Positions 1-10,050 of a stretch of DNA of 40,613 bases are shown here, piece by piece; position 1 is the first letter of the stretch, and each line of letters begins with the position of its first letter. Origin of the DNA: Chitinophagales bacterium (GTDB taxonomy: Bacteria > Bacteroidota > Bacteroidia > Chitinophagales > JADJOU01). The DNA lies in the NCBI GenBank assembly GCA_044368545.1, contig JBIPPG010000002.1, positions 1 to 40,613 of the forward strand. The letters are read 5' to 3'. The position numbers were made by a program, and so were the translations under genes. A model generated the notes under the pieces. That model worked only from the letters and a program-made list of their open reading frames with translations. It ran no database searches and was not told where the DNA came from.

Positions 1-943
1 ACATACGCTGAAAAATGCCTGTATCAAAGACAAGATATTTCCTTTTTTTGGGATTTATCGTAGCACCAAGAGGAATTCCATTACAGGATGAATGCGTAGC
101 ATTGTATAAAATTCCTGACATTTGCAACAGTTCTAGCGCTTCTTTTATTTGATAATTTTTTAAAGAAGTATCAAAAGTAAAAGAATATTTATTTCCCACC
201 TGCGACACTACATTTCTAAAAACTTCTAAAATTCTCATATTGGGAACTTTGGCCTTATATTTTGCAAAATCTGCTTGATAGGCTACTATTAAATCATCCA
301 AAATTGTTTGTACTTGGACGAGATTGGGATTACGAATATATGAAGCCACTACTTCGGGCATTCCGCCTATTATCAGAAATATTTTCAAATAAGACAGCGT
401 CTTTTTATGTATCAAATCGGGTAGTGCAAATTTATCAAAAGCATTTAAAATAGCTTGAATCAATGATTTTTCGCCCAATGCACCCAAAAATTCTTCAAAA
501 CTAAAGGGATACATATATACAGAGTGAATTCTACCCACTCCAAAGGATGGTAAATCCGCTAAGGCAAATTCCAATAGGGAGCCTGCTGCCACAAGATGTA
601 AGTTTGGTTTTTTTTCATAAAAATATCGCAACATACTGATAGCTTCAGGTGCCGTTTGAATTTCGTCTAAAAACAATAAGGTTTCATTTTCAAGAATTGG
701 GATATTCAAAATAATTGACAATTGCTGACAAATTTCATCGGGATTTGCATTTTTTTGAAACAAAGATATATAATCTGTGTTTGCGTCAAAATTTACTTCG
801 GCAAAATATTTAAAATGAGTTCCAAGTTGTCTAATTGCCGATGTTTTCCCAATCTGGCGAGCACCTCTTACCAATAATGGCTTCCTATTTTTTGTATTTT
901 TCCATATTAAAAGCTGATTATCAATACTTCTATTTATATACAT
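1..943 (-). CDS. AAA+ ATPase of the AAA_14/DUF4143 type, partial (3' end runs off the window)
   Basis: Missing from the ORF track because no stop codon lies inside the window. Hand translation of the minus strand from the ATG at 943 gives MYINRSIDNQLLIWKNTKNRKPLLVRGARQIGKTS (Walker A), then LLFLDEIQ (Walker B-like), and ends ...KYLVFDTGIFQRM. The frame stays open for 314 codons down to position 2. Confidence 0.7.
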   Translation of the reverse strand, partial: MYINRSIDNQLLIWKNTKNRKPLLVRGARQIGKTSAIRQLGTHFKYFAEVNFDANTDYISLFQKNANPDEICQQLSIILNIPILENETLLFLDEIQTAPEAISMLRYFYEKKPNLHLVAAGSLLEFALADLPSFGVGRIHSVYMYPFSFEEFLGALGEKSLIQAILNAFDKFALPDLIHKKTLSYLKIFLIIGGMPEVVASYIRNPNLVQVQTILDDLIVAYQADFAKYKAKVPNMRILEVFRNVVSQVGNKYSFTFDTSLKNYQIKEALELLQMSGILYNATHSSCNGIPLGATINPKKRKYLVFDTGIFQRM

Positions 944-959
944 TCATTTATATTTTATA

Positions 960-967
960 CAAAAGTA
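960..967 (-). promoter_or_regulatory. Candidate Bacteroidota -7 box (TACTTTTG on the minus strand) for the AAA ATPase gene
   Basis: The plus strand reads CAAAAGTA, whose reverse complement fits TAnnTTTG. The box lies 17 nt upstream of the ATG at 943. Confidence 0.4.
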
Positions 968-971
968 ATAC

Positions 972-1057
972 TTTTTGAAAAAATCCAAACCAATAATTAC
1001 CATTTTTTTGAAAAAATCCAAACCAATAATAGTCCATTTTTTGAAAAAATCCAAACC
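972..1057. repeat. Tandem direct repeat: three copies of the 20-mer TTTTTGAAAAAATCCAAACC at an exact 33-bp period
   Basis: Identical cores sit at 972-991, 1005-1024 and 1038-1057. The linkers AATAATTACCATT and AATAATAGTCCAT are related to each other. The 66-aa ORF at 948-1148 in the track is only a translation of this repeat (WFGFFQK three times). Confidence 0.9.
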
Positions 1058-1191
1058 TGAAGAACAAAAAACATCTTTTTAAAATAGTAAATTTAGTGTT
1101 TTCACTTTTGATTGAAATTTTATATACGAATTTTTGAGGGGTATACAAAATCCAACTAAGACGAGTCCTTTATTTTTATAAAAATGAATAA

Positions 1192-2517
<1,326 letters not shown>

Positions 2518-2559
2518 TAGTTCCATACATATTAAAAATAATAACTTAACTCAACGATT

Positions 2560-3510
2560 ATGGCTTTTTTCAATTATTTCAATAAAGAAAAAAAAGAGGA
2601 TTTGGACAAAGGATTGGAAACAACCAAACAGTCTTTTTTCTCAAAGCTCTCCAAAGCAATAGCTGGAAAAAGCGAAATTGATACAGAGGATTTAGACGAA
2701 ATAGAAGAAGCCTTGATTTCGAGCGATGTAAGTCTTGAAACTACCATAAAGATTATCGATAGACTGGAGAAAAATATTGCTGACAATAAATATATTGGAC
2801 AATCTGAATTGTATCAAGTGCTGAAAAACGAAATCATAGATTTATTGTCCGAAAATGCCTCGTTAGATTTGGATACCATCATCCCCAAAACAGACTCCAA
2901 GCCTTATGTCATAATGGTTGTAGGTGTCAATGGTGTAGGAAAAACGACTACTATTGGAAAACTAGCCAATCAATTCAAACAAGCGGGCAAAAGTGTAATT
3001 TTGGGCGCGGGTGATACGTTTAGAGCAGCGGCAGTCAATCAATTGCGGATTTGGGCTGAGCGAAGCGATGTAGGATTTGTAGAAAAAGGACAGGATGCCG
3101 ATCCTAGTGCCGTAGCCTTTGATACGCTACAAAGCGCCAAAGCAAAAAATGCCGACATCGTAATAATAGATACGGCAGGAAGGCTTCACAATAAAACAGG
3201 ATTGATGCATGAATTGTCAAAAATCAAAAATGTGATGAAAAAAGTCATTCCCGATGCACCGCACGAAGTTCTTTTGGTATTGGATGCTAGCACGGGACAA
3301 AATGCACTCGTGCAGGCAAAAGAATTTATATCGGCTACCGAAGTGAATGCCATCGCATTGACCAAACTAGATGGAACGGCAAAGGGTGGTATCGTGATTT
3401 CGATTTCAGATCAATTCAAAGTGCCTATCAAATATATTGGTGTAGGCGAACAAATCCATCAATTGCAATTATTCAACAAAAAAGCATTTATAGATTCTCT
3501 ATTTGCTTAA
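2560..3510 (+). CDS. ftsY: Signal recognition particle receptor FtsY
   Basis: 316 aa with SRP-GTPase motifs GVNGVGKTTT, DTAGR and TKLDG, plus an acidic N-terminal region. Confidence 0.95.
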   Translation: MAFFNYFNKEKKEDLDKGLETTKQSFFSKLSKAIAGKSEIDTEDLDEIEEALISSDVSLETTIKIIDRLEKNIADNKYIGQSELYQVLKNEIIDLLSENASLDLDTIIPKTDSKPYVIMVVGVNGVGKTTTIGKLANQFKQAGKSVILGAGDTFRAAAVNQLRIWAERSDVGFVEKGQDADPSAVAFDTLQSAKAKNADIVIIDTAGRLHNKTGLMHELSKIKNVMKKVIPDAPHEVLLVLDASTGQNALVQAKEFISATEVNAIALTKLDGTAKGGIVISISDQFKVPIKYIGVGEQIHQLQLFNKKAFIDSLFA

Positions 3511-3528
3511 TAATCAATAAAAAATCTC

Positions 3529-4626
3529 ATGGAAAAAGGAAAAAAATATGCTGCCATCCATTACGCAAAGTATTTGGAGTTGGATAAAATATTGGATTGT
3601 CAAGTGCCTCGTTCGGTAGAATTTGGCGAAGAAGCACACGATGAATTGCTCTTCATTATTACACATCAGGCTTATGAATTGTGGTTTAAACAAATATTGC
3701 ATGAATTAGAAAGCGTAGTGGGTATAATGGATGATTTGCCTGTGAGTGAAAAAAAACTAGCTCATGCGGTTCATTATTTGGATAGAACTATCAAAATAAT
3801 GCAATTGCTAATTCAGCAATTAGAGGTTTTGGAGACGATGACACCCATGGATTTCTTAGAATTTAGAAATTATCTTTTCCCAGCTTCGGGATTCCAGAGT
3901 TTTCAATTTAGAAAAGCCGAAGTGATGCTAGGACTCAAAAATAAGCATCGCATAACGTATGGAGGACATCATTACGCTGCCTTTTTTGAAGAAAAACAAA
4001 AAGAAGAGCTTGAGAAATTGGAGAATAATCCTTCTATGCTCGAATTATTAGAAAAATGGCTCGAACGAACCCCTTTTATAGATCACAAAGATTTTAATTT
4101 TCTTGAAAATTATAAAAAAGCACTCGAAAATCTATTTGAAATAGAACAAAAAGAAATTCAAGAAACCGAATATTTGAGTGAACAACAAAAAGCCATGCGC
4201 CTCAAAATGCTAGGCGATAGCGATACTTTCTTCAAATTGGTTTTTGACAAAGAAAGCTACAACAAAGAGTATGAAGCAGGCAATGTAAGAATTTCGTATA
4301 AAGCAATGTTGGCAATGCTTTTCATTTCTTTATATAGAGATGAACCTATACTACAGTTACCTTATTTGATGATACAGAAATTATCTGAGATTGATGAATT
4401 TTTGACACTTTGGCGCTTCCGTCATGGACAAATGGTGCGTAGAATAATAGGAAGCAAAATAGGAACTGGTGGCAGTGTAGGCGTAGACTATCTTATGGAA
4501 ACGGCTTCTAAACATACAATTTTCAAAGATATACATTATGTGAGTACTTTGATGATTCCAAAAAAAGATTTACCTATTTTGCCCAATTCATTGGTGGAAG
4601 AGCTCAATTACCATTATAGAAGCTAA
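3529..4626 (+). CDS. kynA: Tryptophan 2,3-dioxygenase (long form)
   Basis: 365 aa with the TDO signatures HQAYELWFKQ, FQSFQFR and WRFRHGQMVRRIIGSKIGTGGS. Confidence 0.9.
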   Translation: MEKGKKYAAIHYAKYLELDKILDCQVPRSVEFGEEAHDELLFIITHQAYELWFKQILHELESVVGIMDDLPVSEKKLAHAVHYLDRTIKIMQLLIQQLEVLETMTPMDFLEFRNYLFPASGFQSFQFRKAEVMLGLKNKHRITYGGHHYAAFFEEKQKEELEKLENNPSMLELLEKWLERTPFIDHKDFNFLENYKKALENLFEIEQKEIQETEYLSEQQKAMRLKMLGDSDTFFKLVFDKESYNKEYEAGNVRISYKAMLAMLFISLYRDEPILQLPYLMIQKLSEIDEFLTLWRFRHGQMVRRIIGSKIGTGGSVGVDYLMETASKHTIFKDIHYVSTLMIPKKDLPILPNSLVEELNYHYRS

Positions 4627-4632
4627 TTATTT

Positions 4633-5277
4633 ATGCAAGAAATAGTGCGCATCTCTTGGTTTCAAAAAGTGTTAAGCTTTTTGTTTCCCATTGTATTGAA
4701 AGAGATCGATTCGCCCTTGTATATTCAATTTGTCCTCAAAAACAACAAAATATTACTGAATAGTCAAAATGCCAATCAATCCAATGGCACGCTAAAATAT
4801 GCCTTACATCATGCATTTTCGCATTTTAAATGGTATGAAAAAACCAATGTAAATCAAATACTTATACTCGGTTTTGGACTAGGAAGTGCATACGATTTGC
4901 TCTCTCCTATTTTTCCAAATGCTAAATTTGTAGGCATTGAAAATAATGATGCTGTTTATAATTTTTACCAAAACATTAAGCCCCATAATTCCCAATTAAA
5001 ATTGCATATAATAGATGCACAAAATTTTATAGCCCAATGTAACGATAGTTTTGATTTGATACTAATAGATATTTTTAATGATGAAGAAATCCCCAACTTT
5101 ATCATCCATCCTTCCTTTTGGGAGCAATGCCACCAAGCACTCAACCCCAATGGAGCTATATTATGGAACACACTTATCAGCAATCAAATTGAAACGAAAC
5201 ATCCGAAAATACACGAATTTTTTGATACGTTTTGGGATACGATTACGGATAATAAGTTTTATTGGAAGGGGAGATAG
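4633..5277 (+). CDS. Spermidine-synthase-like class I SAM-dependent transferase; function not assignable
   Basis: 214 aa with a Rossmann-type ILILGFGLGS, VGIENND and LILIDIF pattern. It starts 6 nt downstream of kynA on the same strand. Confidence 0.55.
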   Translation: MQEIVRISWFQKVLSFLFPIVLKEIDSPLYIQFVLKNNKILLNSQNANQSNGTLKYALHHAFSHFKWYEKTNVNQILILGFGLGSAYDLLSPIFPNAKFVGIENNDAVYNFYQNIKPHNSQLKLHIIDAQNFIAQCNDSFDLILIDIFNDEEIPNFIIHPSFWEQCHQALNPNGAILWNTLISNQIETKHPKIHEFFDTFWDTITDNKFYWKGR

Positions 5278-5283
5278 TTTTAT

Positions 5284-6150
5284 CTAATCAAAATATATTA
5301 ATGAAGTATCTTGTTTTGGATAGTAAATTGAATACCAATTTTTTTTATAATTATAACATTTTAAATTTATTTTCTTCCCAATAGATAATTTATATAAATA
5401 AAAATCAGGAATTGTATAGAAAAAGTAATTTGTATCTGAATTGTAATTACTTTTAATTTCTTGATAAAAGTTTTTACAATTATATTTATTCTCAATAACA
5501 CTTTTACTTATATCATTTCTTTTCCTTAAAATCACATCATTAATTTGTTTTTTCCAAAAAGAATCCATATAACTTTGATATATCCAATAAATTTTATCAT
5601 TATTTATCCTATCATAAAACGTTGACAATGAAGTACTATTTTTTATCATTTGATAATATTGTAAATTAAAGAAAAATGCTTTTCCAGTTGAGATTTCCAT
5701 ACGATTTTCTTTATATAACCTTGGTAATCCAATAATTCCATTTAATGTAATAAATTTAACTAAATCATTTACTTCTGTTATAGAAATCCTGCGAAGTAGT
5801 AAAAATTCTCTAAATCTAGAAATATCTATCAATGTTTGATTTAAGGATTTTATATTTTTCTTAAAATCTAAATTTGGTTTTATTGCAAAATAAAAAGAAG
5901 TATCCTCAACTTCTACTTTAAGAAATTCAATCCCATCTCCAAAGAATAAATAAAATAATTTATAATTTGGGGTTTCTTTTATTTTATGTTTTTGTTTTGA
6001 AGAAATCAAAACAAAAGAATCAATTCTAAATTCATTTTGTATACTCCAATTATAAACAAATGATTCTTCAGAGCTTAATTGCTTATTAGAGTCTTTACAA
6101 TTATAGAAAAGCATAATAAAAACAAAAAAACATAATACTATTTTTTTCAT
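5284..6150 (-). CDS. Hypothetical lipoprotein; no recognisable domain
   Basis: 288 aa. The N-terminus MKKIVLCFFVFIMLFYNC looks like a signal peptide with a lipobox-like Cys. The protein is rich in N, K, Y and F. The DNA is very AT-rich: the two 60-nt lines I counted at 5341-5460 have 10 and 20 percent G+C. Confidence 0.6.
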   Translation of the reverse strand: MKKIVLCFFVFIMLFYNCKDSNKQLSSEESFVYNWSIQNEFRIDSFVLISSKQKHKIKETPNYKLFYLFFGDGIEFLKVEVEDTSFYFAIKPNLDFKKNIKSLNQTLIDISRFREFLLLRRISITEVNDLVKFITLNGIIGLPRLYKENRMEISTGKAFFFNLQYYQMIKNSTSLSTFYDRINNDKIYWIYQSYMDSFWKKQINDVILRKRNDISKSVIENKYNCKNFYQEIKSNYNSDTNYFFYTIPDFYLYKLSIGKKINLKCYNYKKNWYSIYYPKQDTSLIYFD

Positions 6151-6250
6151 AAAGTTTTAAAATTTCATTATCATATTTAACTTTAATAACATAAAACGAT
6201 ATAGATTCCAATTTACAAATTCTAAAACTTTCTCCAACAAACTAAATAAA

Positions 6251-6544
6251 TCAATCTGGATATTTATTTTCTGGATTTTGTCTATTATCATAAAGCTTTA
6301 AAATGGTAAATTTACAATCATCAAACACATAAAACAAAGTTGTTCTTTTATATAATACAAAGCTTCTTAAATCTTTATATTCTCGTCTACCGATATTTGG
6401 AAAACGACTTAAAATTTCAATAGTTGATTCAAATTTAGCAAAAATATCTATTGAAACATTGTAACCAAAACTTGTTTCAATATATGTCAAAATATCATTT
6501 AAATTCTCAACGGCTTGTTCTGTCCATATTATTTCCCTTTCCAT
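6251..6544 (-). CDS. Type II toxin, RelE/ParE family
   Basis: 97 aa. IIWTEQAVENLNDILTYI and a FPNIGR loop followed by beta-strand-like segments match the ParE_toxin pattern common in Bacteroidota. The gene overlaps the upstream small gene by 16 nt. Confidence 0.8.
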   Translation of the reverse strand: MEREIIWTEQAVENLNDILTYIETSFGYNVSIDIFAKFESTIEILSRFPNIGRREYKDLRSFVLYKRTTLFYVFDDCKFTILKLYDNRQNPENKYPD

Positions 6545-6756
6545 TTATTAAGTTTTTCCATAGCTGTTTTGTGAGATACAACATTATAATTTTGAGGATT
6601 ATCCACCATATCAATTAGTTCTTTTCGTTCATTCACAGGCAAAAAATTTAATTGATGAGATTGACTTAGAATTGTATAATAATCATTCAAGACAACTTCT
6701 TCGTCTATTTCATCTACGAGATTTTTTATATGATTTTTTAATTCTGTAATTTCCAT
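6529..6756 (-). CDS. Putative antitoxin / addiction-module component
   Basis: 75 aa and acidic, lying immediately upstream of the ParE-like gene and overlapping it. The N-terminus MEITELKNHIKNLVDEIDEE resembles the small addiction-module partners of Bacteroidota RelE/ParE toxins. Confidence 0.7.
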   Translation of the reverse strand: MEITELKNHIKNLVDEIDEEVVLNDYYTILSQSHQLNFLPVNERKELIDMVDNPQNYNVVSHKTAMEKLNKWKGK

Positions 6757-6786
6757 AACATTTGTATCTAAATTATTTATTGACTA

Positions 6787-6794
6787 CAAAAATA
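6787..6794 (-). promoter_or_regulatory. Candidate -7 box (TATTTTTG on the minus strand) for the toxin-antitoxin operon
   Basis: The plus strand reads CAAAAATA, 31 nt upstream of the antitoxin ATG at 6756. Confidence 0.45.
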
Positions 6795-6810
6795 CATACT
6801 TTTTTAAAAA

Positions 6811-6853
6811 TTCTTAAATTTAATATCATTTCTAGTGTCTTCAAATTTAAGAA
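6811..6853. promoter_or_regulatory. Perfect 11-bp inverted repeat TTCTTAAATTT / AAATTTAAGAA with a 21-nt spacer; candidate operator of the TA operon
   Basis: The arms at 6811-6821 and 6843-6853 are exact reverse complements. They lie just upstream of the candidate -7 box, where a -33 region or autoregulatory operator would be. Confidence 0.3.
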
Positions 6854-6926
6854 AATTAAACTTGATTATAACTTAATTATTTTCAAATTAAAAAAGATAA
6901 ATCACAAGGATATACCCAAAAAGAAT

Positions 6927-6934
6927 TAGATTTG
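6927..6934 (+). promoter_or_regulatory. Candidate -7 box TAGATTTG for priA
   Basis: Matches TAnnTTTG, with 19 nt between the box and the TTG start at 6954. Confidence 0.45.
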
Positions 6935-6953
6935 TAGACTAAATAAAAAAGCC

Positions 6954-9407
6954 TTGCACACACATTACGCGGAGATTATTTTACCTTTGTATTTGAGGCA
7001 AACCTATACGTATGTATTGCCCGATTCGCTTTCGGAGAAGGCCGCTATTGGTATGCGTGTTTTGGTTTCTTTTGGCAAGAATAAAATATACACAGGTATT
7101 ATTGCCGATATTCATCATCAAAAACCTGATTTTCCTTCTATTAAAGAAATAGAAGAAATCCTTGACAGCGAACCTATTATAAGCCAAAATCATATAAAAT
7201 TGTGGAAATGGCTCAGTAGCTATTATATGACTAGCATTGGCGAAATAATGGATTTGGCGCTTCCCAATGCTTTCAAACTATCTAGCGAACGTTTTTTTGT
7301 TCCTCGTCATCAGGCGAATATCAATGATTTTGACCTAACGGGTGACACGCAAATGCTCGCAGATGCTATACAGTCGATGGGAAAATTTAGTCTCAACGAT
7401 ATAAAGAGTTTTTTTAATAAAAAAACGGGTATTGCAGAACTTAATGCGTTGATTCAATGCGGTTTGGTAGAACCAATTGAAGAAATTGGCGAAAAATATA
7501 CGGCGGTTTATGAAAAGTATGTTCAAATTTCCCAATCCTATTTGCAAGATAAAGATAAGCTAAACGAAATTTTTGGGCAATTGATGACGCGAAGCAAAAA
7601 ACAATATCAAATTCTGCTTCAATATTTCTCGCTTTCTCCAAAAGGCGATGCCATTTCTAAAGCGATATTAATGGAAAAAGCCGATGCTAATTCGTCGAAT
7701 ATTAAACCGCTGATAGAAAAAGGTATTTTTGTGGAAACGGAACGTCAAAAAGATCGTTTTCAATTGGAAAAAATATCGGATTTGAAAGAAGTTGTGCTGA
7801 GCGCCGCACAAACCGAGGCGTACAATTCCATTCAAGCTGAATTTGAGAATCACAAAACGGTTCTTTTTCAAGGCATTACAGGTAGTGGAAAAACGGAAGT
7901 GTATATCCAATGGATCAAAAAATGCCTGCAACAAGAAGGAACAATACTCTTTGTATTACCCGAAATAGCGTTGACTTCTCAAATGGTCAAACGTCTTCAA
8001 ACATATTTTGGGAATAGTATGGTCATTTACCATTCACAAATTAACCAAAATACAAAGTATGAAATTTGGCAAAAAGTATATCGTTCCGAAGTCCAATTTG
8101 TGGTAGGCACTCGTTCGGCACTTTTTCTTCCTTATTCAAAACTTCAGGCTATCATTATCGATGAAGAACACGATGCTTCGCTCAAGCAAGTAGACACCAA
8201 TCCTAGATATAATGCTAGAGATGGATTTTTGTACTTAGCATATATTATGGGAGCAAAAACGCTACTAGGCAGTGCTACGCCGTCTATTGAAAGCTATTTC
8301 AATGCTATTAACAATCGATATGGATGGGTAAAACTACTTGAACGCTATGGCGATGCTACTCTTCCCAAAATTGAATTGGTAGACATTAAGCTTAGGGAAA
8401 AAGAAAAAGCTATGAAAAGCGATTATTCCAATGATTTGATTGAAGCCATAGAACAAAAAATAAACTTGGGCGAACAAACCGTTTTGTTTCAAAACAGAAG
8501 AGGATACGCGCCCTATATTCAGTGCGACCAATGCGACTATATTGAAAAATGCGACCAATGCGATGTTCGTCTTACTTACCACAATACGTCAAATCTTATG
8601 ATTTGTCATTATTGTTATAAAAAATATAAACTCAAGCTGCAATGTTCTCGATGCAAAAGCAATACACTCAAAACGAGGGGATTGGGCACTCAAAAAGTAG
8701 AAGAAGAAATTTCGTTATTTTTTCCTGAAGCACGAGTGGCAAGGCTGGATATTGATATTTCTCGTTCCAAACAACGGCTGGAAAATTTATTGGAGGATTT
8801 CAAAGAAGGAAAAATACAAATACTAGTAGGTACACAAATTGTAACCAAAGGTTTTGATTTTGAAAAATTGAACTTGATAGGTGTAATTCACGCCGATAAT
8901 CTTTTTTCTTTTACAGACTACAAAACGCAGGAGCGAGCCTTTCAAACGCTTATGCAAATATGCGGCCGAGCTGGACGACGAAAAGATGCGGACAGCAAAG
9001 TAATCTTGCAAACCTACAATCCAAAAGATATATTATTTCAATATCTAATAGCACAAGATTGGGAAGCATTTATAAAGCAGGAATTAGTAGTGCGCAAACA
9101 ATATATTTATCCACCATTTTGTTCTTTGGTAAAAATAATCATTAGGCATCAAAAAGAAGATTTACTGCACATTTATAGCACTAAAATTGTATCGAAACTA
9201 AAAGAAGCGTTCAAATCCATTGTATTAGGGCCTTCCGTTCCACAAATTTCTCGCATTCGAAATCAATATATAAAAGAGGTTTTGATAAAATTACCAAAAA
9301 ATAATGAACTGGCTATAAATAAATTAAAGATTCAAGAAATTTTGGATAGAGAATTGCTGTTGCTATCCAACAAAAATTTTAGGATAGACATTATTGTAGA
9401 TTTTTAA
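6954..9407 (+). CDS. priA: Primosomal replication restart helicase PriA
   Basis: 817 aa. Walker A GITGSGKTEV, DEEH box, and the double Cys-rich zinc module CDQCDYIEKCDQCDVRLTYH...CHYC...CSRC. The start appears to be TTG. Confidence 0.95.
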   Translation: MHTHYAEIILPLYLRQTYTYVLPDSLSEKAAIGMRVLVSFGKNKIYTGIIADIHHQKPDFPSIKEIEEILDSEPIISQNHIKLWKWLSSYYMTSIGEIMDLALPNAFKLSSERFFVPRHQANINDFDLTGDTQMLADAIQSMGKFSLNDIKSFFNKKTGIAELNALIQCGLVEPIEEIGEKYTAVYEKYVQISQSYLQDKDKLNEIFGQLMTRSKKQYQILLQYFSLSPKGDAISKAILMEKADANSSNIKPLIEKGIFVETERQKDRFQLEKISDLKEVVLSAAQTEAYNSIQAEFENHKTVLFQGITGSGKTEVYIQWIKKCLQQEGTILFVLPEIALTSQMVKRLQTYFGNSMVIYHSQINQNTKYEIWQKVYRSEVQFVVGTRSALFLPYSKLQAIIIDEEHDASLKQVDTNPRYNARDGFLYLAYIMGAKTLLGSATPSIESYFNAINNRYGWVKLLERYGDATLPKIELVDIKLREKEKAMKSDYSNDLIEAIEQKINLGEQTVLFQNRRGYAPYIQCDQCDYIEKCDQCDVRLTYHNTSNLMICHYCYKKYKLKLQCSRCKSNTLKTRGLGTQKVEEEISLFFPEARVARLDIDISRSKQRLENLLEDFKEGKIQILVGTQIVTKGFDFEKLNLIGVIHADNLFSFTDYKTQERAFQTLMQICGRAGRRKDADSKVILQTYNPKDILFQYLIAQDWEAFIKQELVVRKQYIYPPFCSLVKIIIRHQKEDLLHIYSTKIVSKLKEAFKSIVLGPSVPQISRIRNQYIKEVLIKLPKNNELAINKLKIQEILDRELLLLSNKNFRIDIIVDF

Positions 9408-9470
9408 TAAAATAAATCTTCTAACCTTACGTTAAAATAGTGAAAAAATTCAAAACTATAAAATATACAA

Positions 9471-10046
9471 ATGAAAAAACAAATCGTAACAATCACTTTA
9501 ATACTTACAACGAGTTTTTTAGCAATTTCACAAACATTTAATAAGAACAATATAGGACTCAGGCCTTTTGTAATTAATAATAATGGAGCTGGTATTGGAA
9601 TAAACTATGAAAGATATCTGGATTCCACTAATAATTTTTCAATTTATGTACCAGTAGATTTGATATTTTTATCTAGTAACAATGTTTCCAATTTTAGTTT
9701 AGGAGGAGAAGAACATAGTGGATTTGCCTTAAATCCAACTTTTAGAATTTATTTTAAAGATCCTAAAAAATTTAATTGGTATTTGGGAGTTGGATTTTAT
9801 TATGGGGAATCTTTAGTTAAGCTAACAAATAGGGTGTATCATTCTGAAAGCAAAACATTTGGAACTCTTGTAAATTTTGGCTTTAAATCTACGATAAAAA
9901 ATAGGGTTACTGTTTGTTTAGATATGGGTACAGGGATCGCATTTATCAATAGAAAAGATGAATCTGATTTTCAATCTTATTATTTTTATGATAACAAACC
10001 AAATATAATTGGTTCTTTAAATTTTCAAGTAGGCTACAATTTTTAA
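9471..10046 (+). CDS. Small outer-membrane beta-barrel protein (putative)
   Basis: 191 aa with signal peptide MKKQIVTITLILTTSFLAISQ, alternating hydrophobic strands and the C-terminal aromatic motif QVGYNF. Confidence 0.6.
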   Translation: MKKQIVTITLILTTSFLAISQTFNKNNIGLRPFVINNNGAGIGINYERYLDSTNNFSIYVPVDLIFLSSNNVSNFSLGGEEHSGFALNPTFRIYFKDPKKFNWYLGVGFYYGESLVKLTNRVYHSESKTFGTLVNFGFKSTIKNRVTVCLDMGTGIAFINRKDESDFQSYYFYDNKPNIIGSLNFQVGYNF

Positions 10047-10050
10047 AAAT

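Noticed and set aside
948-1148. 66-aa minus-strand ORF from the track with the internal peptide repeat WFGFFQK
   Set aside because: It is a read-through translation of the 33-bp tandem DNA repeat in an intergenic promoter region. I treat it as a noncoding repeat. It is also not a CRISPR array: the units are contiguous, only 2.6 copies are present, the variable linkers are 13 nt, and there are no cas genes.
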